From NCBI GenBank assembly GCA_043810165.1, contig JBDROJ010000023.1, forward strand, positions 4,675-68,674: a stretch of 64,000 nt of DNA, given 5' to 3'. Numbering within the stretch: the stretch's first letter is position 1; each line of letters begins with the position of its first letter. Below the pieces are notes generated by a model, which saw only the letters and a program-made list of their open reading frames with translations, did not search any database and was not told the DNA's origin. Below are positions 45,097 through 54,288 of this stretch, in pieces. The position numbers and the translations under genes were made by a program. The stretch is from a bacterium (GTDB lineage Bacteria > Patescibacteriota > Patescibacteriia > Magasanikbacterales > GWA2-37-8).

Positions 45097-46653
45097 CTAG
45101 TTTAATTTTTCTTTTAATAATTTTTCTACTACTTTGGGATCAGCACTGCCTTCAGTGGCTTTCATGGCCATGCCAATTAAGAATTTAATGACCGGTTCTT
45201 TGCCTGATCGGTATTCTTTTACTTGTTTGGGGTAGTTTTTAATAACATCATCAATTATATATCCAATTTTACCCTCGTCACTAACTTGTCCATAGCCTTT
45301 TTCTTCCATAATATGAGTTGGATCTTTATCAGTTTTAGCTTCTATCATTTCATTTAATATTTTTAAAGCATTAGTGGAATTTACTCGCTTTGCATAGACC
45401 AAGGCTATGAGCTCCGCAAAATTTTCCGGCTTGGTTTTTAAATCAGTTATATTAATTTTTTTATCACTCATAGTGCCCATGAGTTTGCTAGTAAGCCAAC
45501 CGCCGGCCAAGCGCGCTAATTCAGTATGTATATTTAATTGATCAATAACACCCTGACCGCCTGTTTTTGTTTCAGGCAAATTTTCTATCCAGTCTGCTAA
45601 TTCGCTCATTACATTTTCAGTATAGCTAGCCCAATGCTTGTCAGCTGCAAGAAGTTCGGCGTCAGAAGGCTTGAGGCCGAATTCTTCACAAAAACGGCCT
45701 CGTTTTTGATGGGGGAGTTCGGGAATGGAAATTTTTCCGGCAATTTTTTTCGGTTCAAAAGGAGGAATATCAGGTTCTGGAAAATATCGATAGTCAGCCG
45801 ATGTCTCTTTACTGCGTTGCCAGTATGTTTGTTGTTTGCCATCATCCCAGCCTCGGGTTTGTTGTTCCCATTTTTCTCCGTTGGCTATCAATTTGGTTTG
45901 CCTATCAATTTCATGGTCTATTGCCTTGGAGATGAAGCGGAAAGAATTGATGTTTTTTAATTCTACCTTAGAATTGAGTTCGTATCCTTTTTTCCCAATA
46001 ATGGCCCCATCCTTTTTTTCTGTTTTTCCGGCTTCTTGCACCGATATATTGGCTTCACAGCGCATGTGGCCTTTTTCCATATCAGCATCGCTTATGCCCA
46101 GGTGGCGGAAAATTAATTGTAATTCTTGACAGTATTTTTTGGCTTCAGTTGCATTTTGAATGTCTGGCTCGGAGACAATTTCTACCAAAGGTATTCCAGA
46201 ACGATTGAAGTCAACAAGAGAATCAGTTTTACTGCCATGTGTAAGTTTGGCTGTGTCTTCTTCTAGGTGTACCCTGGTGATGCCGATTTTAGCTGTGTCA
46301 CGGCTATTTTCACCAGTAGGAAAGGCTAGTTCAATAAAGCCATGTTTGCCTATTGGCTGGTCGTATTGAGAAATTTGGTATCCTTTGGGCAAATCAGGAT
46401 AAAAATAATTTTTGCGGTCAAATTTGCTTTGATCAGCTATATTACAGTTAAGGGCCTTGGCAATTTTTACGGCCCATTCAATTGCTTTTTTGTTAGGTAC
46501 AGGCAAAGTGCCTGGATGTCCCAGGCATATTTCGCAAATATTAGTGTTTGGCTTTTGTTCATCAGGATGGTTTTTGCAACTACAAAACATTTTACTGTTT
46601 GTCTTCAATTCAACGTGAATTTCCATGCCGATTATTGGAACGTATTTTGGCAT
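45097..46653 (-). CDS. gatB: Asp-tRNA(Asn)/Glu-tRNA(Gln) amidotransferase subunit B
   Basis: MPKYVPIIGMEIHVELKT... N-terminus and the GatB/YqeY C-terminal domain. Confidence 0.92.
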   Translation of the reverse strand: MPKYVPIIGMEIHVELKTNSKMFCSCKNHPDEQKPNTNICEICLGHPGTLPVPNKKAIEWAVKIAKALNCNIADQSKFDRKNYFYPDLPKGYQISQYDQPIGKHGFIELAFPTGENSRDTAKIGITRVHLEEDTAKLTHGSKTDSLVDFNRSGIPLVEIVSEPDIQNATEAKKYCQELQLIFRHLGISDADMEKGHMRCEANISVQEAGKTEKKDGAIIGKKGYELNSKVELKNINSFRFISKAIDHEIDRQTKLIANGEKWEQQTRGWDDGKQQTYWQRSKETSADYRYFPEPDIPPFEPKKIAGKISIPELPHQKRGRFCEEFGLKPSDAELLAADKHWASYTENVMSELADWIENLPETKTGGQGVIDQLNIHTELARLAGGWLTSKLMGTMSDKKINITDLKTKPENFAELIALVYAKRVNSTNALKILNEMIEAKTDKDPTHIMEEKGYGQVSDEGKIGYIIDDVIKNYPKQVKEYRSGKEPVIKFLIGMAMKATEGSADPKVVEKLLKEKLN

Positions 46654-46656
46654 AAA

Positions 46657-47406
46657 CTATTTTTTAATTGGCGTGGTACTTATAGGATTATTTTTTGCCT
46701 GGACATATAAGATAACCAGAGAAATCATGATTAAAGGCGCGGCAAATGTATTAACAATTGAATTAATGATTATGCTGGCAATTAATTGCCAAGTCTGACT
46801 GCTTATTAGCGCCGATACAATAGTATTGAATATACTATCAGATATAATGATTATCAATCCAAACAGGATCAAAGGCAATATTAATCTTAATACTATTGGC
46901 CACCATCTACCCACAACTAGGTTCTTGCTGAAAGACAGCGATTCTATGACTTTTTTTTCATCAAGTACCACAGCATAAAATACAAATATAAACCAGATCA
47001 TGAATATTACGCCCGGAATTATGAAAAGAATATATCCCCCTATCATAATTAGGATCACTAGTATGGTAATCAAGATGGCCGGCCAAATTAGATGCCAAGA
47101 TGAGGTAAACATCTGTTTGCAGTCGCCTGGATTTTGATTCTCATAACAAGCTTTAATGGTCTTGGCCAAAGCTATCTTAACCCAGATACTATATATGGAA
47201 CTGGCCAAAAATACTATAAAAATAACAATGCTGATAAAAGGCAGGTATGCTTCAGCGTAAGCATATATGAATAAAAGCCCCACAGCCAGCGCGATTAAGA
47301 CAAAAGCTGGGATTAGAAGGAAAAGAATATAAGGCAGTATTTTCTTGAAATTTTTTTGATACAACTCTAAACTTTGCTTAATAAGCTCTATTGGTCCAAT
47401 TAGCAT
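46657..47406 (-). CDS. integral membrane protein (about 6 TM), hypothetical
   Basis: Hydrophobic helices throughout; no catalytic motif seen. Confidence 0.5.
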   Translation of the reverse strand: MLIGPIELIKQSLELYQKNFKKILPYILFLLIPAFVLIALAVGLLFIYAYAEAYLPFISIVIFIVFLASSIYSIWVKIALAKTIKACYENQNPGDCKQMFTSSWHLIWPAILITILVILIMIGGYILFIIPGVIFMIWFIFVFYAVVLDEKKVIESLSFSKNLVVGRWWPIVLRLILPLILFGLIIIISDSIFNTIVSALISSQTWQLIASIIINSIVNTFAAPLIMISLVILYVQAKNNPISTTPIKK

Positions 47407-47410
47407 ATGA

Positions 47411-48118
47411 TTATAGGTTAGTTATTGTTTTTAAAAGTTGAATAGCCTGCATTTTCATTATATCAATTTTACAATCTACCAGCAAATAATGAATGACCGT
47501 GCTTCTGTCTGAAAATATTTTTCTGTAAGTCTCGGAACGATATTCATCAACCAATTTTTTTTGAAATTCCAAGTTTTCAAATATGGCATCATCTTGTTTG
47601 TTATTCCTTTGTCGCAAACGTTCAAAGGCTTGTTCAGCTTGAAGATCTAATAATACTAGATGGTCAGGCGCGTATTTTAAAGCTATTTCATTGCCAGATA
47701 ATTTTTTTAATTCTTCAATTGTCAGACCGTTGTCTTGGGTAGTTTGATAGGCAAAAGTGGTGCTTACTCCTCGGTCTTGGATGATAGTTTTACCTTGCGC
47801 GTGCAAGGGGATTATAAGTTTTTTATATAATTCAAGACGATCAAGCGAATAGGCCATGGCAATTGATTGGGCAGAAAAACTTTTTTTATTATTTATTTTT
47901 TTATCTCTGATATCCAAGCCAGCATGCGTATATGTTGGTTCGCAACTAAAGATCACATCAAATGGCTCTAGTTTTTTGAGTTCAGGATGAGCGTGGTGCT
48001 CAATCCAATATTCTTTTAAATCAAAGATCTTTTTGCCTTGTTCTGTCAGGTATTCTTTCCAAGTATTTAGAATAGTGCTTTTGCCACTGCCGTCAATTCC
48101 ATCTATCATTATGAACAT
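47411..48118 (-). CDS. thymidylate kinase-like P-loop nucleotide kinase
   Basis: P-loop IDGIDGSGKST and a DRGVSTTFAYQ segment resembling the dTMP-kinase DRY region. Placed next to folA and thyA. Confidence 0.55.
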   Translation of the reverse strand: MFIMIDGIDGSGKSTILNTWKEYLTEQGKKIFDLKEYWIEHHAHPELKKLEPFDVIFSCEPTYTHAGLDIRDKKINNKKSFSAQSIAMAYSLDRLELYKKLIIPLHAQGKTIIQDRGVSTTFAYQTTQDNGLTIEELKKLSGNEIALKYAPDHLVLLDLQAEQAFERLRQRNNKQDDAIFENLEFQKKLVDEYRSETYRKIFSDRSTVIHYLLVDCKIDIMKMQAIQLLKTITNL

Positions 48119-48121
48119 AGG

Positions 48122-48592
48122 TTATTTTTTATAGGTTACAAAAGAATATCCGTTATGGTCTTCTCGTTCTACCTCTTTCCAGATGGTCGTGTCAATTTTT
48201 GGAAAAAAGGCATCGCCCTCAACCAGCCCGCGTACATGAGTTATATATAAGGTATCAGCCAGATCAATGGTCTGGGCATAAATTCCAGCGCCACCAATTA
48301 CAAAAATATCTTCGTTTTCATGATCTGCAAATGCTTGTTGGATGTTGTTATACACTTCGGCTCCGTTCGGCACTTGATAGTCGGTACTGCGAGTTATAAC
48401 AATATTTTTTCGTTTTGGAAGAGGCTTGCCCAAATAGCCTAAAATTGATTCAAAAGTTTTGCGTCCCATTAATACGGTTTTTTTGGAAGTTAATTCTTTA
48501 AAATGTTTCAGATCTTCAGGTATATGCCAAGGAAGCTGATTGTTTTTGCCGATGCAATTATTGTCTGCCACGGCCGAAATTAATGCGATCAT
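48122..48592 (-). CDS. folA: dihydrofolate reductase
   Basis: MIALISAVADNNCIGKNNQLPW...GRKTFES DHFR motifs. Confidence 0.88.
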   Translation of the reverse strand: MIALISAVADNNCIGKNNQLPWHIPEDLKHFKELTSKKTVLMGRKTFESILGYLGKPLPKRKNIVITRSTDYQVPNGAEVYNNIQQAFADHENEDIFVIGGAGIYAQTIDLADTLYITHVRGLVEGDAFFPKIDTTIWKEVEREDHNGYSFVTYKK

Positions 48593-48615
48593 AATTATTA
48601 TTTTTTTATCCCAAT

Positions 48616-48713
48616 TTAGTCAGAGAGATACAATACTTCTACGAAACATTCCGCAGATCCGACCGGAGCATGGGCGGGGACGTTGAGGAGAGGTATTGTA
48701 TCTCTCTGACAGG
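48616..48713. repeat. 18-bp perfect inverted repeat (gtcagagagatacaatac / gtattgtatctctctgac; extendable to ~22 bp with wobble pairs) enclosing a GC-rich 48-56 nt core, between thyA and folA
   Basis: Read directly from the sequence. The core ccgcagatccgaccggagcatgggcgggga resembles the cores at 34651-34675 and 7457-7494 by eye. Confidence 0.6.
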
Positions 48714-48717
48714 ATGA

Positions 48718-49590
48718 TTATACAGCAATATCAAATTTAATTCTAGGATAACTTTCATATCCAATTATTTTTGTATCCTGGGCAGTCCAATCAAAAATTG
48801 AAGTAAAGTTTTCTGTGATGATTTGGGGTAGGGGATATTTGTTTGGATCACGGCTTAGTTGTTCTTTTGCGCCGTCTATGTGATTAGAATAGATATGAGT
48901 GTCACCCAAGAATCCGACTAGACGACCTTCTTTAAAACCGGTTTCTTTGGCTAATAAATGTAAGAGAGTGGCGTAGCTGGCAATATTAAAAGGTAAACCT
49001 AGCATGACATCAACCGAACGCTGGTTCCAGAGCAAGTTTAGTTTTTCATTGCTAACAACTACTTGGAATTGAAAATGGCAAGGCGGAAGAGCCATGTCTT
49101 GTAATTGGCAGGGATTCCAAGCTGATACAATCATACGGCGGTCAAATGGATCGGTTTTTAGATTGTGAATTAGTTTTTTTAATTGATCCACGCCTTGGCT
49201 AGTATAATCTGTATCGTAATTTTTGTAATCAGCATTAAAATGCCGCCATTGAAATCCATAAATCGGGCCTAGGTCTCTTTCTTCAGACATTTTCTTTTTA
49301 GTTTCTTGGTCATGACCATAAGGGACTTTTTTGGGACTGCACCATTCATCCCAAATGTGATTTTTATGATCTTTTAACCATTGTTTGTCGGTTATGCCTT
49401 GAATAAAAAATTCTAATTCTGTAGTTATTAAACGAAAAGGCATTTTTTTGGTAGTGAGCAAGGGGAATCCATCAGACATTTCGTGTTCAAATATAACACC
49501 GGCAATGGATTGAGTGCCAGTGCCGGTACGGTCTTGTTTTTTTATTCCCTTATCCAGGATTTTTTCTACTATTTTTAAGTAGTTCAGCAT
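48718..49590 (-). CDS. thyA: thymidylate synthase (ThyA type)
   Basis: Active-site LPPCH motif and GxPFNIASY motif. Confidence 0.92.
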   Translation of the reverse strand: MLNYLKIVEKILDKGIKKQDRTGTGTQSIAGVIFEHEMSDGFPLLTTKKMPFRLITTELEFFIQGITDKQWLKDHKNHIWDEWCSPKKVPYGHDQETKKKMSEERDLGPIYGFQWRHFNADYKNYDTDYTSQGVDQLKKLIHNLKTDPFDRRMIVSAWNPCQLQDMALPPCHFQFQVVVSNEKLNLLWNQRSVDVMLGLPFNIASYATLLHLLAKETGFKEGRLVGFLGDTHIYSNHIDGAKEQLSRDPNKYPLPQIITENFTSIFDWTAQDTKIIGYESYPRIKFDIAV

Positions 49591-49596
49591 ATTTTG

Positions 49597-52464
49597 TTAG
49601 GCGGCTTTTTCTTGTCTCATATCAGCAATTAATTTATCTATATGTTTTTGTGTTTTTGTCAGTTTGGCTATTTCAAGGGAAATTTGGATTTTTTTATCTC
49701 TGAATGTTGGAGATTCCAGACTCCCTTTACGGACTTTAATTCCAAATTCAATCTCTTTTTTGATTGACTGCAAATCTTCTAAATTACTATCTTCGGTAAA
49801 GCCGAGTTTGCTTAAAGTAGATTTTATTTCGGTTTCATCAATATCAGTATCATAATCATATTCATCTCGATCGGCTGTAGCTAGAGATTCTTTGTCAAGA
49901 TCTCGAACAAAAATTGAATCACTGTCTTGTTTTTGTAGTTTTTCTGTTAAGAATTTTATTGCTTCTTTAATAAAGTTTCTGTCATATTTTTTAAATAAAA
50001 GTTCATTGGATTCATCTAGATCTTTTGGTTTTTTAGTATTTGATAATTCATTTTCTGTTTTTAATAATTTTTGTTCAGCTAATTGGATGAGATTGTGTAT
50101 TTCTTTGTTATCAGTATTGCCTTGGTAACCAATTTCAGAAAGAATCATTTTGGTCCCTGTCTGTAATGATACCATTGTGTCTAATCCCAATTCTTTTTCG
50201 GCGTGTTTTGTGTGTTCCGCATCAATTTGTCTAATTTCTTCAGCTAAATCAGCCTCGTTTTCACCAGGTCCTTCTTCGTCTACATCGGCATAAATTTCTT
50301 CATCCATATTCACGTTTGTTGGAGGGATGTTTAATTCATCTGTATCAATATCCTCTAATTCGGTTTGTTTATTTTCCTTAACAATTTTAATCCGAGCAGT
50401 TGTTTTATCTCCAGGTCTTAATTTTCTGGCATGGTCAACCACAGTATCATCTTCCTCGGCCTCTTGATCTGGTGTGGCATATTCTTTGGTTTTAATATCT
50501 TTTTGGATGTCCACCACAGTGTCAGAATCTTCCACATCTATATCTATTGATGTATTCTTTTCAGCCCTTTTCTCATCTACTCGTTTTAAATTTTTGATTC
50601 TTCTCTTCAAACTTTCTGTTTTTCGTTTAAACTTGTCAATTAGTATGTCAGATGCCCCACCTGGCTGGCTTGATATTATAACATTTTCCTCATTGTAGAA
50701 GTCGTGGTGTAATTTTTCTATTCCATTATAAATGGCCGTGCCTTTAAAATCCTCTGCTTGTGAAATTAATTTAACTATATCCACATCAATTTTATAGACT
50801 TCAACTGCTTTCTTAAAGTTTTCCATTTTTAATTTTAGCGCTTCCATGGATTCGGCCGGATCACTTGGATCAAAACTATTTATTTCTTTTACAAAGTTCT
50901 CCGAAGCTTTGACTGTATTTTCCACTCTTTTTTTTGTAGCTTTTGCTTCAGGGCCTAGTTTTTTGGCTTCGTTCAGTAGTTTGTTAGCTGATTTGTCAAT
51001 TTTTTGATAGTCTGAAATTAAATTAAATTTTTCAACAGTTTTATTGGCTAGCTCGTTTTTGTTCTTTTGTTCGTCTGTTTTAACTTCTGGTCTTGGCCTG
51101 CCTAGCTTGCTTTCGGTTTGCTTGCCATAGAAAGTTTTAGCTTGGTCTGTTTTAGTTTCTTCAACCACCAGGTCTGTTTTAACTTCTGGTCTTGGCCTGC
51201 CTAGCTTGCTTTCGGTTTGCTTGCCATAGAAAGTTTTAGTGTCATCTGTTTGTTGATTATCGCTATCATCCATAATTTGATAAGCCTCTTCTTCATCTTT
51301 CACATCTGCAATTTTCACGGGCTTGCTTTCAGCTCTGGTGGCAGTGGCGGTTTTTTCTTTGGCAACACCTGACGGGAGATTAACTCCAGCTTCGGACATT
51401 GCATGGAGAATATTCGTCTCTTTGCCCGTTGGCCTTTCCATGCCTTTTGGAGAGCCCGGAGGCCTTATTCCGGCTTGGGCCATTGCGTGGAAAATATTAT
51501 CTATGTCATCATTTCCGCCAAATTGAGCTTCGGCCATGATTTTAAGTGTTTCGTCCATGTTTTCGCCACCTTGTTTACTAACGACTTTGTCAACTTTTTT
51601 TTCAACTTTGGCCACAGGAGCAGATTTTTTTTCAACAACAACAGGCGGAAGTTTTATTTCATCTTCCTCTATAATTGGTTCTGGCTCTGCCTGTGCTTTT
51701 TCTTCCCTCACTTTGGCGAATGGCTGTATGTCAGGATTTGGTGTTTTTATTTCAGGTAGTTTTTTTGCCTGTGTCTTTTCTTTTGTTATAATTACATTTT
51801 CAGATTGTTTTGGCTCAACCGTAGCGTTGTGAGTGTTTTCTGCTTTAGAACGGACAGCTGTTGGCTGATATTCAGCCGTGGCTTTGTTTTTTGATTCAAT
51901 GTGGAACATCTCTGGCCTGATTGCTGTTTTTGGCGCCATCTCCGGTTCCTCCACAGTAATTTTTAGATCGTCCAATTCTTCTTCAATTTGACCTAATTTT
52001 TGTTTAGTATCTAAACCGGCTTGGTTAGCTAAGTCTTCCAACTCTTTAAAAGTTTGACCATCATCTACGCCCGCTTTTTCAGCTGATTGTTTAAGACGGT
52101 CAAATTCAGCCTGCAATTCTTGATTTATATAATCAACCCCTTCCTGCATTTCTTTGATTTGTTCTTTCACTTTTTCGGTTACTTCCTTTACCCTATAAGA
52201 TACCTCTTCTTTGGTTTCTGCTAAGCCTTCTGGGTCTTCCGGACTGCCCATAAGTTCATTGGCCCTTTTAATGCCCCAAGCCGGGTCAACCCATCTTCTT
52301 ATTTTGTCCAAAACACTTAATTTGGGCTGGCCAGTGGCTTCAACTTGTTGTTTAATCTGCTCTTTTTTAATCTGTTCTTTTTTCAATGAAGCATTGGTCT
52401 TACCTTGTTCTTGTCTTTGCCGGTCGGCTTCTAAATGTTTTTGTTTAATTGGCATGTCTACCAT
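49597..52464 (-). CDS. large acidic coiled-coil repeat protein (955 aa), hypothetical
   Basis: Low-complexity K/E-rich sequence. Internal 98-bp-period duplication (68 identical bp at 51073-51140 and 51171-51238) encoding KTFYGKQTESKLGRPRPEVKTD. Repeated FHAMAQAG / LHAMSEAG motifs. No TM helix or signal peptide seen. Confidence 0.65.
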   Translation of the reverse strand: MVDMPIKQKHLEADRQRQEQGKTNASLKKEQIKKEQIKQQVEATGQPKLSVLDKIRRWVDPAWGIKRANELMGSPEDPEGLAETKEEVSYRVKEVTEKVKEQIKEMQEGVDYINQELQAEFDRLKQSAEKAGVDDGQTFKELEDLANQAGLDTKQKLGQIEEELDDLKITVEEPEMAPKTAIRPEMFHIESKNKATAEYQPTAVRSKAENTHNATVEPKQSENVIITKEKTQAKKLPEIKTPNPDIQPFAKVREEKAQAEPEPIIEEDEIKLPPVVVEKKSAPVAKVEKKVDKVVSKQGGENMDETLKIMAEAQFGGNDDIDNIFHAMAQAGIRPPGSPKGMERPTGKETNILHAMSEAGVNLPSGVAKEKTATATRAESKPVKIADVKDEEEAYQIMDDSDNQQTDDTKTFYGKQTESKLGRPRPEVKTDLVVEETKTDQAKTFYGKQTESKLGRPRPEVKTDEQKNKNELANKTVEKFNLISDYQKIDKSANKLLNEAKKLGPEAKATKKRVENTVKASENFVKEINSFDPSDPAESMEALKLKMENFKKAVEVYKIDVDIVKLISQAEDFKGTAIYNGIEKLHHDFYNEENVIISSQPGGASDILIDKFKRKTESLKRRIKNLKRVDEKRAEKNTSIDIDVEDSDTVVDIQKDIKTKEYATPDQEAEEDDTVVDHARKLRPGDKTTARIKIVKENKQTELEDIDTDELNIPPTNVNMDEEIYADVDEEGPGENEADLAEEIRQIDAEHTKHAEKELGLDTMVSLQTGTKMILSEIGYQGNTDNKEIHNLIQLAEQKLLKTENELSNTKKPKDLDESNELLFKKYDRNFIKEAIKFLTEKLQKQDSDSIFVRDLDKESLATADRDEYDYDTDIDETEIKSTLSKLGFTEDSNLEDLQSIKKEIEFGIKVRKGSLESPTFRDKKIQISLEIAKLTKTQKHIDKLIADMRQEKAA

Positions 52465-52761
52465 ATGTTTTTTATTATTTTGAAATTAAAAAAATTAAAG
52501 CTCGTTTATTTTATGCTTAATCTGATCAATTTTTTGTTGATCCTTTTCTTTCATTTTTTCTTCCAAAATTTGTCCGGCCTGATGCTTTATATCCTCCTCT
52601 TTTTTTAGGAAATTTGTAAAAATTTGGCTTGCGCGCGCCATCAAAACTCTTATTTTTTGTGTGTTTAGCATAATTGTAACAGTAATTTCCCAATAGCCAT
52701 TGAGTGTATGGCAGAGGAAGAATAATTAAATTCAGAATTGGTTATATTATAGTCTAAATTC

Positions 52762-53190
52762 TTAATATTTTCCAGTACTTCCCCATCTGCCTTGACCGCG
52801 TTCGCTGTCAGAGAGTTCATCCACCTCTGTTAATTTTCCAAAAGCCACTGGATAAAGTATTAATTGAGCAATTTTATGTCCTTTTTCGATTTTGTATGGT
52901 CCTTTTCCCAAGTTGATTAATTGTATTAAGTATTCACCCCTATAACCGGCATCAAATACACCGCCTAAAGCATGTATGGTCCTAAAAGCCATTCCTCCTT
53001 TGTCTTTTACGATGGCAGCATAGCCGTTGGGAAATTCCAAAGCAAAACCCAATTTAAAAATATGTTTTTCACCAGGTTGTAATTCATGGTCTTCCAAAGA
53101 ATAAAGATCTAAACCAACATCTCCGGGTAGGGCGTAATTAGGAATTATGGCTTCGGGGTTTAATTTTTTAATTTTAACGTCAATTTGCAT
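52762..53190 (-). CDS. dut: dUTP diphosphatase
   Basis: Start moved to MQIDVKIKKL (ATG at 53190). Motifs GLDLYS, RSG-like FRTIHALGGVFDAGYRGE, and C-terminal RGQGRWGSTG. Confidence 0.8.
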   Translation of the reverse strand: MQIDVKIKKLNPEAIIPNYALPGDVGLDLYSLEDHELQPGEKHIFKLGFALEFPNGYAAIVKDKGGMAFRTIHALGGVFDAGYRGEYLIQLINLGKGPYKIEKGHKIAQLILYPVAFGKLTEVDELSDSERGQGRWGSTGKY

Positions 53191-53752
53191 ACTGAATTTT
53201 TTTAATGATTTCATCGGCTTGTGTAAATAGATCTTGTTGGCTGTCGTTGTTAGTAATAACATAATCAGCTTGTTTGGCGATATCCAGGATTTCATTTTCT
53301 GCCTCTCGTTGGCATTCGGCTTGAAATTGTTCCCAGGTTTTGGTCTGGTCATCTGGATTTTCTGAACGCTGGGTCAGTCGTTCGTAACGAGAACGATTGT
53401 TGGTTTTAATAAAAATAATATAGAAGTTGTCAGGGTAAGTTTTTTTGAGAAAACTGGTGTCTTTGGGGCGACGGATGCCTTCGGTGATAACCAAATTAGA
53501 TTTTTTGCCAGATATATCTTTAGTAATGATTTTAGATATTATTTCTTGACCGAATTGCTGGCGTAAAGCCTTGGAGATATCCTGCATATTTTCGCGGGTT
53601 TGAGGTAAATGCATTCTTGTCAAAATATCACGCAGGCAATCAGAAAAACGAGCTGAATCGGCTTGGTATTTGGTTTTTAAATAATTAGTCAGCGTAGTCT
53701 TGCCGGAAGATATTTCTCCGACAATTCCTATTATAATTTTTCGTTTATTCAT
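53180..53752 (-). CDS. deoxynucleoside monophosphate kinase-like P-loop kinase (phage T4 gp1-like)
   Basis: P-loop GEISSGKTT. The C-terminal ADYVITNNDSQQDLFTQADEI segment resembles the T4 dNMP kinase C-terminus (LVITNDGSLEELF). Overlaps the dut start by 11 nt. Confidence 0.55.
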   Translation of the reverse strand: MNKRKIIIGIVGEISSGKTTLTNYLKTKYQADSARFSDCLRDILTRMHLPQTRENMQDISKALRQQFGQEIISKIITKDISGKKSNLVITEGIRRPKDTSFLKKTYPDNFYIIFIKTNNRSRYERLTQRSENPDDQTKTWEQFQAECQREAENEILDIAKQADYVITNNDSQQDLFTQADEIIKKIQYAN

Positions 53753-54209
53753 GCTCACAAGCATATTGGCGGAGTTTTATGCCTGCGGATACAAACATGC
53801 GCTTAGCGGCCATGAATGCATCCACTTGGCTGTATTTATCACTGGCATACACCACTTCGGTGATTCCATTCTGGATTATGGCTTTGGCGCATTCATTGCA
53901 GGGAAATAGCGTGCAATAAATTTTGCAATCCTTGGTAGAGTTGTTAGCGTTGTAAATCGCATTTTCTTCAGCATGGCAGACATAAGCATACTTGGTATTT
54001 AAAAAATCTCCTTGTCTTTCCCAAGGAAATTCATCATTATCAATTCCTCGTGGAAAGCCATTATATCCAAGCCCTACCACCACGTTTTTTTGGTCTGCAA
54101 TAAGAGCACCGGCTTGAGTAGACGGATCTTTTGATCTTTGAGCGATCAGGTGGGCCATGCGCATAAAGCATTCGTCCCAGGATATATGATTTTGACGTGG
54201 TCCTTGCAT
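53745..54209 (-). CDS. dCMP deaminase (ComEB-type cytidine/deoxycytidylate deaminase)
   Basis: Zinc-binding HAEENAI and PCNECAK motifs. Confidence 0.85.
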   Translation of the reverse strand: MQGPRQNHISWDECFMRMAHLIAQRSKDPSTQAGALIADQKNVVVGLGYNGFPRGIDNDEFPWERQGDFLNTKYAYVCHAEENAIYNANNSTKDCKIYCTLFPCNECAKAIIQNGITEVVYASDKYSQVDAFMAAKRMFVSAGIKLRQYACEHE

Positions 54210-54288
54210 AATATTTGAATTATACCAATTAGTTAGCTATTTGCCAAGTCCTGATTAATTAAAAATCAGGGCTGTTTTAGTCCTGATT

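Noticed and set aside
51073-51238. Near-identical 68-bp duplicate considered as a diversity-generating retroelement TR/VR pair
   Set aside because: Both copies are in-frame inside the same CDS and 98 bp apart. There is no reverse transcriptase gene and no adenine-specific mismatches between copies. Interpreted as a tandem duplication.
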